64,000 nucleotides of DNA. Source: Fimbriimonadia bacterium. Lineage in GTDB: Bacteria > Armatimonadota > Fimbriimonadia > Fimbriimonadales > JABRVX01. The notes beneath the pieces were generated by a model. That model worked only from the letters and a program-made list of their open reading frames with translations, did no database searches and was not told the origin of the DNA. The stretch is taken from contig JBGPGO010000001.1 of the NCBI GenBank assembly GCA_041483895.1, forward strand, positions 64,001 through 128,000. The letters run 5' to 3'. Position numbers and translations under genes: made by a program. Of this stretch, positions 9,846 through 16,633 are shown one piece after another (the stretch's first letter is position 1; each line of letters starts with the position of its first letter).

Positions 9846-10880
9846 TTAATCCCTCACTCGATCATGGATGTTGAAAATCACTTTTCGTCCCGCGATGGCG
9901 GGCCGGCCATGGAACTTTGGGATCCGATCGACGGTCAGCAGCATTTCGCTGCCCGTCTCCTGGTCCAGTTTCAGAATATCGCCGTGCCGCAAGCTGAGAA
10001 AATCGCGCACGTGCAGCCGGGTTGTTCCCAGTTGGACGGCGCACGGCACAGGAACCCGTTGTACGTGCCATGAGAGCAGGCTCTTCATCGCGGGACTGGT
10101 TCGCTTCGGGCCTGAGCTGAACCACTTGGTCGCGCTCAGTTTTGCCGTTACCGGCTTAAGGACCTGGTACGGGATGCACAGGCTCATCGCCCCGCGCTGG
10201 GATCCGACTCGGACTTCGAAGAGGATGGTGATGACGATGTCGTTAGGCGGCGCGACCTGCACGAATTGCGAGCTGGTCTCTATCCCCTCAACTCCTGGAC
10301 TGATCATGATGATACTTTCCCATGCGGATTTCAGCGCGCCGAAGAATCGCTCCAACACCTGCGTCACCAATGGCCGTTCGATGTCGGTCAGAGTCGAGCG
10401 GTCGAACCCGCGACCCGTTCCTCCGAGAAGGCGGTCAAGAATAGTAAAGACCAAAGAAAACTCCAACTCGAAAACCGCCTGGCCATTGAGCGGCGCAAGG
10501 CTGATGATGGCGAAAACCGACTTGTTGATGGAAAGCAGGTATTCCTCGTAGGGCACCTGTTCCAGAGAAATCATCTCTACCTGCGCGGGACTCCGAAGAT
10601 AGGCGGATAGGCTGGAGGTGGCAAGCCGTCCGAAGGTCTCGTGGAGCATTTGCAGGGTACGCAGCTGGTCTTTGGCGAATTTGTCCGGCCGCCGGAAGTC
10701 ATAGACCTCGTACGCGATTGTGCGCTTGGAGTTCGGGGCCGCCGCAAAATCCCCCGGGGTTCCCTGCCCAGACGCGCCAACACCGGCGGGAGCTGAGTCC
10801 CCGACGGACTCCTCTCCACCGCTGGTCTGCAATTCGGCAAGCAGGGCCTCTATCTCGGCCTGAGATAGGATTTCCGACAA
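9846..10880 (-). CDS. fliM: Flagellar motor switch FliM
   Basis: LSQAEIEALL CheY-binding peptide, YDFRRPDKFAKDQLRTL; TTG start with upstream GGAGGAG. Confidence 0.97.
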   Translation of the reverse strand: MSEILSQAEIEALLAELQTSGGEESVGDSAPAGVGASGQGTPGDFAAAPNSKRTIAYEVYDFRRPDKFAKDQLRTLQMLHETFGRLATSSLSAYLRSPAQVEMISLEQVPYEEYLLSINKSVFAIISLAPLNGQAVFELEFSLVFTILDRLLGGTGRGFDRSTLTDIERPLVTQVLERFFGALKSAWESIIMISPGVEGIETSSQFVQVAPPNDIVITILFEVRVGSQRGAMSLCIPYQVLKPVTAKLSATKWFSSGPKRTSPAMKSLLSWHVQRVPVPCAVQLGTTRLHVRDFLSLRHGDILKLDQETGSEMLLTVDRIPKFHGRPAIAGRKVIFNIHDRVRD

Positions 10881-10925
10881 GTCGCTCCTCCGGAGGCAGC
10901 CGTCCGCCGCCGGCCGAGCCTGTCT

Positions 10926-11480
10926 CTACATCCAGGCAAAGGAGGTTATGTAAACCTCCAGCACCGGTCCCGTGGGGTGGTAGGAACCGGAACCATCTTC
11001 GGTCGACTTCAGAGTCTTGGCGTGCTCCTCGGATTGATTATCGGCACCCGGCTCATGTTCGCCGAGGATTGTGTTCAAGGCGTCCTTTATCTCGGACTTG
11101 ATCTTCTCTTTGCCGGCCAAATCCTTAACATCTTGGGTTGATTTGGAGGTAAGTGTCATTACTATCGCATCTTTAATCGCCGGCATCTTCTCTTCGGCTT
11201 CCTTGGCATATTTCGCGTCGGCAACGCCAAAGGCAAATTGGCATTTCAGGAAGCTCGTGGTATTTGCCAGGTTCACGATCATTTCGTCGATCGGAACGAT
11301 TGCCACGACCTTTGGCGGAGGCGGCTTGGCCTTGTGCCCCATCTTCGTCTTGGCAAAGAAACCCCCGCCCCCAAGGACAAGGACCAACGCCAGGATCAGC
11401 GGAAGCTTGCCTTTCCCTTTGCCCTTCTTCTTGGTCTTCTTCTCTTCGCCGCCCTCAGCGGGCTTTGGTTCGTCCGGCAT
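10926..11480 (-). CDS. fliL: Flagellar basal-body-associated protein FliL
   Basis: Single TM after a basic stretch, MIVNLA, IKDAI, GKEKIKSEI, VYITSF. Confidence 0.9.
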   Translation of the reverse strand: MPDEPKPAEGGEEKKTKKKGKGKGKLPLILALVLVLGGGGFFAKTKMGHKAKPPPPKVVAIVPIDEMIVNLANTTSFLKCQFAFGVADAKYAKEAEEKMPAIKDAIVMTLTSKSTQDVKDLAGKEKIKSEIKDALNTILGEHEPGADNQSEEHAKTLKSTEDGSGSYHPTGPVLEVYITSFAWM

Positions 11481-11560
11481 ACCCCATCCATTCCATAGCG
11501 GGCTGCGATTCTGCCCATTAAATTACAGAAGCACCGCTGCCCGGCAAACCTGCGGGATTC

Positions 11561-11590
11561 CGCCGGGGCCTTCGGATGAAGGCCCCGGCG
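11561..11590. terminator. Perfect 13-bp inverted repeat downstream of flgE (terminator or mRNA-stabilising hairpin)
   Basis: CGCCGGGGCCTTC-GGAT-GAAGGCCCCGGCG; no U-tract. Confidence 0.6.
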
Positions 11591-11602
11591 CTAATCAATC
11601 CC

Positions 11603-12889
11603 CTATCGCTTGATGTTCAGAAGGTCCTGGAGCATCTCGTCGACGGTGGTAACCACCTTCGTATTGGCCTGGAAGCCTCGCTGCGTCACGATGAGCTCCG
11701 TGAACTCGGTCCCAATGTCCACGTTCGACTCTTCCAAGAAGCCGGCGTTGACGGATCCCCTCCCTTTCGTTCCGGGAGTGCCATAGATCGGGATGCCGGA
11801 ATTGTCCGTTTCCCGAGCGAGATTGGAGCCAATCTTTTCGAGTCCGGCTGCGTTCGGAAAGATGGCAAGAGCGATCTGTCCCAACGAGCGCGTAAGTCCG
11901 TTGGTGAAGATGCCCGTTATTCCTCCTCCGGAATCGATGTTGAATCCACTTAGCGATCCGGGCGGAAATCCGTCCTGATCTTTCGGAGTGATCTGCGTGT
12001 CGGTCGCCAAGCTCGAAATCTTGGTGAAATCGAGCGCGACCGACATTACGTTGGCGCCGTTCGAAGGCGTAAGGGCCAGCGTTTGCGTAGCGGGAATAGC
12101 ACCGCCGGTGATCATGTTCCCGGTCGAGTCGAAATACAACCGAGTGTTGCCCGCGCTGGCAAAGTCCGAGAGAGCTGTCCCTCCCTCCGATGCGCTCCAA
12201 TCCAGCGATGCTACTGCTCCCGCCGGCGGTACGCCGAGGGGCGGTTTTTGGAGATTTGTAAACACCGCGTCGATCGTATGGGCGGCCCCCAGGGAATCGA
12301 AGATTTGGATCGATGAGGTCCACGTGTCCGCCGCTACGGACGACGCGGAGAAGTTCCCCGCGTAGGAGGCGTTTTGAGTTTCCCTCACGGCGCTCAACTG
12401 GCCAATCGGGACCTGAAGAGAGCTCGCCGTGGTTATTGGCGTCGTAGTGTCCACTATGCCGGATCCGTTGGCGGACCATCCCAGCAGCCGTTCGCCTGTG
12501 CCGCGTTGGACCAGATTGCCGTTCGCGTCGAAGTCGAAGGCGCCGTCTCGCGTGTAGGCGACACGTTCTCCGTTCGAGACGAGGAAGTATCCGCCGCCTT
12601 GGATCGCAAGATCCGTATTGCGGTTTGTGGAGCTGAGGCTGCCTTGGACTTCGTTATTGGCAGTGCCTGCTACAACTACGCCGAGGCCGAATTGCAATGG
12701 GTTGGAGCCGCCGATCGCCGCAGTCGGGCGCTTGGCGCCTTGTACGGTTTGCGACAGCATGTCCTGGAACGTAACCCGCGACGCCTTGTAGCCGACTGTA
12801 TTGACGTTGGCCAGGTTATTTCCAATGACGTTGATGCGCGTCTGTTGAGCCTTCACGCTGGCGACGCTTGCCAGCAGCGCTTGAAGCAT
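11603..12889 (-). CDS. flgE: Flagellar hook protein FlgE
   Basis: VIGNNLANVNTVGYK, YTRDGAF, LEESNVDIGTEFTELIVTQRGFQANTKVVTT. Confidence 0.97.
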   Translation of the reverse strand: MLQALLASVASVKAQQTRINVIGNNLANVNTVGYKASRVTFQDMLSQTVQGAKRPTAAIGGSNPLQFGLGVVVAGTANNEVQGSLSSTNRNTDLAIQGGGYFLVSNGERVAYTRDGAFDFDANGNLVQRGTGERLLGWSANGSGIVDTTTPITTASSLQVPIGQLSAVRETQNASYAGNFSASSVAADTWTSSIQIFDSLGAAHTIDAVFTNLQKPPLGVPPAGAVASLDWSASEGGTALSDFASAGNTRLYFDSTGNMITGGAIPATQTLALTPSNGANVMSVALDFTKISSLATDTQITPKDQDGFPPGSLSGFNIDSGGGITGIFTNGLTRSLGQIALAIFPNAAGLEKIGSNLARETDNSGIPIYGTPGTKGRGSVNAGFLEESNVDIGTEFTELIVTQRGFQANTKVVTTVDEMLQDLLNIKR

Positions 12890-12997
12890 TCGTTTTTCCT
12901 CCGCTTCAGCGCGTGCGATCGCTCCGCTATTCCCTGCGAGAAGACCTCCGAGCGACCGCTTGCGGCAGCCGCCCGGTCCAGTCAGAAACTCCGTGTT

Positions 12998-13381
12998 CTA
13001 AACAATCACCGCACTGTCAATGTTTGTGAATAGGTTCTGCTTGAGGTTATCTTTGTCGACCGCCGTGATGACCGTCCGATTCTTGACGCTCACGACGAGG
13101 GCGACATCATTGACTAGGATCAGCGATTCTTTTGCGCCTTTCGACGCCGCCATATCCACCGCATCGGTGACTCGTTTCCAGTCCTCGCTGTTCAGGTCGA
13201 TGTTTCGACCGCGCAGGCGGGTCTGGGCGTGGCCGGAGAGCTTGAGCTGCTCCTGACGCAGTGCCTCGGGAAAGCCGGGGGCGGTTGTCCGCGGCGCTTG
13301 GCCTGGCTTGGCCGGCGCGGCCGGCGATATGGGTCCAATGATCTTTTTTATCTCTGGCATTCCGTTGATCCTATCGGTCAA
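12998..13381 (-). CDS. Flagellar operon protein (TIGR02530 family)
   Basis: LKLSGHAQTRLRGRNI...KGAKESLIL...VVSVKNRTVITAVD...LFTNIDSAVIV; lies between flgD and flgE. Confidence 0.9.
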   Translation of the reverse strand: MTDRINGMPEIKKIIGPISPAAPAKPGQAPRTTAPGFPEALRQEQLKLSGHAQTRLRGRNIDLNSEDWKRVTDAVDMAASKGAKESLILVNDVALVVSVKNRTVITAVDKDNLKQNLFTNIDSAVIV

Positions 13382-13394
13382 GGTTGGGTCGGGG

Positions 13395-13417
13395 CGCAGG
13401 CTAAAGCCTTCGGCTAC
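13395..13417 (-). repeat. REP family B copy (GTAGCCGAAGGCTTTAGCCTGCG)
   Basis: GTAG-started imperfect palindrome; matches the inverted pair at 49962-50036. Confidence 0.65.
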
Positions 13418-13426
13418 CGAAGGTGA

Positions 13427-13813
13427 TTAGACCTTTGGCATGACGCCATAGTCCGTCTTAACGCCGCTCGCTGGAATTTGGTCCGTTCCAACGGTAAGCA
13501 GGACGGAATTGCCGTCAAACGTCAGCTTCGAAACGACGCCGTTGTGAAGGGCGCCATTGCCATCGAGGTAGTCCACGGTATGTCCAAGCATCCCTTGCGC
13601 CCGCGACATCTCTGTCGCCGCGCGCATCTCGTCGATGCCCTGAATGTTGCCCATCGTGGCGATCTGTTGGAACAGTTGGTTGTCGTCCATCGGCTGCAGC
13701 GGGTTTTGACCCGCAAGCTGCGTGACCAGCAGTTGCATGAAATCCTGCTGAGTCAGGCCCTTGTTCGTCGTGGTCTGCGCCACCGCGCCGGGAGTCACTG
13801 AATCAATCCGCAT
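13427..13813 (-). CDS. flgD: Flagellar hook capping protein FlgD
   Basis: QDFMQLLVTQLAGQNPLQPMD...QQIA. Confidence 0.92.
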   Translation of the reverse strand: MRIDSVTPGAVAQTTTNKGLTQQDFMQLLVTQLAGQNPLQPMDDNQLFQQIATMGNIQGIDEMRAATEMSRAQGMLGHTVDYLDGNGALHNGVVSKLTFDGNSVLLTVGTDQIPASGVKTDYGVMPKV

Positions 13814-13816
13814 CAG

Positions 13817-14224
13817 TTATGCCTCCATATCCACAGCTCTGGAATAAAGCGATACGAGTCTTGGCCAAATTGCCGTCTCCAGCGTCTCGTCGAGACGCTG
13901 GATCGTCGGCATCGAGGCCGGGATGGGTTGCTGTTGTTGCCGCTGCTGCTGATGCGCCTGAGGCTGCGCGTGGGAAGAAACATCGAACGAAGACAACTGC
14001 AGACCGCGTGTACTTAGTTGGTCTGACAGCTCCGCCCGATGCGTTTCCAGCGCGGATCGCACCCAGTCGTTTGCCGCCACCATTGTCGCCTCCACTCGAT
14101 GGCCTCGCGACCGGACGGTAAGATCGATTGAGCCAAGCTCCTGCGGTTCCAGACGAATGGTCACCGTGCGAACGGGAACCATGTCTTTTAGTTCCTCAAT
14201 CTTCTCAGCAATGCGGCTTATCAT
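13817..14224 (-). CDS. fliK: Hook-length control protein FliK, C-terminal T3S4 domain (separate reading frame)
   Basis: VTIRLEPQELGSIDLTV...VRSALE....L...L...GL, Q-rich tail, ends AVDMEA; directly upstream of flgD. Confidence 0.85.
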   Translation of the reverse strand: MISRIAEKIEELKDMVPVRTVTIRLEPQELGSIDLTVRSRGHRVEATMVAANDWVRSALETHRAELSDQLSTRGLQLSSFDVSSHAQPQAHQQQRQQQQPIPASMPTIQRLDETLETAIWPRLVSLYSRAVDMEA

Positions 14225-14228
14225 GGCT

Positions 14229-15728
14229 TCAGGCAGTCCGCTCGACCGGTCGAAAGGTGGCAGATCGACTCTGCGTCACCTCCTGCGGTGGAGCATAGGC
14301 GGCGTTGAAGAGCTGCGACGGAATCAGGTTCCGCTTCGGCGCGTCGGCCGGCTTCCCGTCGCCGCGATCTTCCGCGAACGCGTCGATGAGTCCGCCTGCG
14401 GTTGATTGCTGGATGTTGACGGCCGTCAATTCCGGCCGGCCAAGCAGATGGATTTGCTGCAGGCGAACCGGCACAGTGAGGTCCGATGCGGCGACTGCTT
14501 CCGCCTGCACGACTACCCTATTTGTGCCTGTCGACCCAGCATCCGGTCCCGCAGCAGCGAGGTCCCCTCCGGCATCTCCCGCCGAAAGCTTGGTCTTGCC
14601 GGCTAGTGCAAAGTAGTGACCCTGTTCGGTCCCGACACCGCCAGTGCTTTTGGCGCCGTCGTTGGTGCCTATCGACCCAGTGCCGTCAGCATCCGGTCCG
14701 GCGGCTGCGAGATCCCCTCCGGCATCTCCCGCCGAAAGCTTGGTCTTGCCGGCTAGTGCAAAGTAGTGGCCCTGCCTGACATCGACATCGCCGGTGCTTT
14801 TGGCGCCGCTGTTTGAATCCGTACCGGTACCATCCTTGCCACCGCCACCACCGGGCGGCGGGTCAATCTTGAGGTCTGAGCCGAGATTGCCATTGATCTT
14901 TTGCGTGCCGGCGCCACCCGTCTGTTCGCCGCCGGTGGTCTTCGTGGTGTCCCCAGTTTCCTTCGCTCCGATTTGATCGACGGTGCCGCTCTTACTGCCA
15001 ATGAGCATCTTCCAATGGCCTCGACCGATCTCGTCGTTGCCAATCTTCCCGGGTGGAGGTAGGACCTGAGTTCCGCTTACACCGTCACCAGGAGGCTTGC
15101 CGTCTGCTACGGTTGCATCTCCGGCGTTGGCGACTGCTCCCGAATTGCGGATGACGCTGTCGGGGTTGATTGTGTTCTGCCTCCCAGGTGGTGGCAAGAC
15201 GATGATGCCGGACGCAGCATCGCCATTGGTTTCCTTCGTTCCGCCGCCAACTTTGTCGGCAGCCCCGACACCTTTTTCTTGTCCGGCAGAGGAAGCATCT
15301 CCTGCGTCGCCAACGGTTCCTTTTCTCATGCCGATCAGCATAAACCAATGGCCTTGGCCCAGGTCAATGCCGTCGGGCACTGAGTTGGCGCCGGCGCCTG
15401 GCTCACTGGCCTTGTCGCCCTGGCCTGGCGGTTGCTGCGATGGCGGGACGCCCGGCGTATCGGGAGGCAATGGCGCCGGAGGAGGAGGGATGATGCCCGG
15501 CAGCATTCCAAATGGAATCTGACCCGGCTCAATCCCCTTGGTTTCGGTTTGGCCTCCCTGGGTCGGTTGACCCTCGGGTCCAGCCTGATTTTTGATTGTT
15601 CCGCCTACCGGAGGTCCGGTCGGCGGGGCTTTCGGGCTCCCTGGAGAGAGACCCTTGTCCGCTTTCGGTGGCGGCCCCAGCAATGCCATCAGCGGGGCCT
15701 GGCTTGCGCCTATAATGACGTTTGCCAA
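14229..15728 (-). CDS. Low-complexity G/P/A/T-rich protein, probable N-terminal ruler part of FliK
   Basis: TTG 15728 lies 7 nt after AGGAGGT; disordered composition with internal repeats; stop lies 4 nt before the FliK_C ATG, in a different frame. Confidence 0.7.
   Translation of the reverse strand: MANVIIGASQAPLMALLGPPPKADKGLSPGSPKAPPTGPPVGGTIKNQAGPEGQPTQGGQTETKGIEPGQIPFGMLPGIIPPPPAPLPPDTPGVPPSQQPPGQGDKASEPGAGANSVPDGIDLGQGHWFMLIGMRKGTVGDAGDASSAGQEKGVGAADKVGGGTKETNGDAASGIIVLPPPGRQNTINPDSVIRNSGAVANAGDATVADGKPPGDGVSGTQVLPPPGKIGNDEIGRGHWKMLIGSKSGTVDQIGAKETGDTTKTTGGEQTGGAGTQKINGNLGSDLKIDPPPGGGGGKDGTGTDSNSGAKSTGDVDVRQGHYFALAGKTKLSAGDAGGDLAAAGPDADGTGSIGTNDGAKSTGGVGTEQGHYFALAGKTKLSAGDAGGDLAAAGPDAGSTGTNRVVVQAEAVAASDLTVPVRLQQIHLLGRPELTAVNIQQSTAGGLIDAFAEDRGDGKPADAPKRNLIPSQLFNAAYAPPQEVTQSRSATFRPVERTA
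14538..14808. repeat. Tandem duplication with 150-bp period inside the fliK N-terminal ORF
   Basis: CCCCTCCGGCATCTCCCGCCGAAAGCTTGGTCTTGCCGGCTAGTGCAAAGTAGTG is identical at a 150-bp spacing; encodes QGHYFALAGKTKLSAGDAGGDLAAAGPDA twice. Confidence 0.95.
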
Positions 15729-15912
15729 CGTTGCCACCTCCTCTCGTATGGATGTGGTCAGTAGGATTCTCGGCTTTGTTGGCTGAGCGCAGAGCCGTCA
15801 GCGATACGGGGAACTTTCCGGATTTTGGGGCGTTAGTAGGATGGGAAGACGGTTCATGCAATCCAGTTGAGACGTATCGTACCGTACACTTCTATATCGC
15901 AGTAGCGTTCAC

Positions 15913-15943
15913 CGGCGGCGGGTTGTCTCCTTTCCCGCCGCCG
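15913..15943 (-). terminator. GC-rich hairpin downstream of parE
   Basis: 10-bp perfect stem CGGCGGCGGG/CCCGCCGCCG; no clear U-tract. Confidence 0.5.
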
Positions 15944-15969
15944 TACGATTATGTCGCGGTGCTCCCTCG

Positions 15970-16269
15970 TTATTCGCCAGGATTGAACAGAGTTGAAAGT
16001 TCTCGCGCCCCGTGAACGACTCGAGCAATGGATACCAGGTCGTCAGTCAGCCGGTACAGGATTAGGTAATTACCGACAGGAAAACTGAGTAGCCCAGGAA
16101 GGATATCAGGCCGCATCGTACCAACGCCTGGGTTTTCTGCCAGTCTCTTGCATTTATCGATGATCCGGTCTGTCCAACGAATTGCGTTCTCCATGCTATC
16201 TTTGCTGATATGGTCCTGAATGTCGAACAGGTCTTGACGGGCTATATCAGCGAATTCTAGCCTTGGCAT
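15970..16269 (-). CDS. parE: Type II toxin, RelE/ParE family
   Basis: ARQDLFDI..HI..DS..NA...LAENPGVG..RPDI..GLLSFPVGNYLILYR...IARVVHGAR. Confidence 0.92.
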   Translation of the reverse strand: MPRLEFADIARQDLFDIQDHISKDSMENAIRWTDRIIDKCKRLAENPGVGTMRPDILPGLLSFPVGNYLILYRLTDDLVSIARVVHGARELSTLFNPGE

Positions 16270-16532
16270 GCTTCACTCGACGTCTTGGCCAGCAGTCGCT
16301 CGGTCAGTTCCACAAAAACGTCGTCCGCAGGCGCGACCCTCCCGGCTTCAATGTCATCTAAGCCCTTCTGAGCTTCGCGCTTGAGGTCCTCGAACTTGAG
16401 CCGTTTCAACTCATCATGGTCATTCAGCAACCGAAGGGCCTCTCGCACTACTTCGCTGACGGAATTGTACATGCCACTGGCGACCTTGGCGGCGAGCATT
16501 TTTTCCAGTTCCGGGGTTAGGGATACGTTCAT
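16257..16532 (-). CDS. parD: Type II antitoxin, ParD/CC2985 ribbon-helix-helix family
   Basis: MNVSLTPELE...VASGMYNSVSEVVREALRLL; overlaps the toxin gene; SD GGAG. Confidence 0.93.
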   Translation of the reverse strand: MNVSLTPELEKMLAAKVASGMYNSVSEVVREALRLLNDHDELKRLKFEDLKREAQKGLDDIEAGRVAPADDVFVELTERLLAKTSSEACQG

Positions 16533-16550
16533 AGCTCACTCCTACATTGG

Positions 16551-16580
16551 ATTGTATAGCATATTATAGCATAAAATAGC
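16551..16580 (-). promoter_or_regulatory. parDE extended -10 promoter with three 10-bp-phased ATAGC(A) repeats (putative operator)
   Basis: Minus strand TGcTATAAT at 16571-16563; plus strand attgtATAGC-atattATAGC-ataaaATAGC. Confidence 0.65.
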
Positions 16581-16633
16581 AAAGATTGACATTGGATGAA
16601 TTCCAGGGCTCCTGCGGGTACCCTTTAGGTCCC

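Noticed and set aside
11535..11560. GGCAAACC near flagellar genes, suggesting a c-di-GMP-I riboswitch
   Set aside because: It is on the strand opposite the operon and lacks the GNRA/receptor and second-stem features.
16586..16591. Perfect TTGACA upstream of argS, and the ORF-track start at 16586
   Set aside because: No -10 box at 16-18 bp spacing; ArgS-like sequence begins near TTG 16634.
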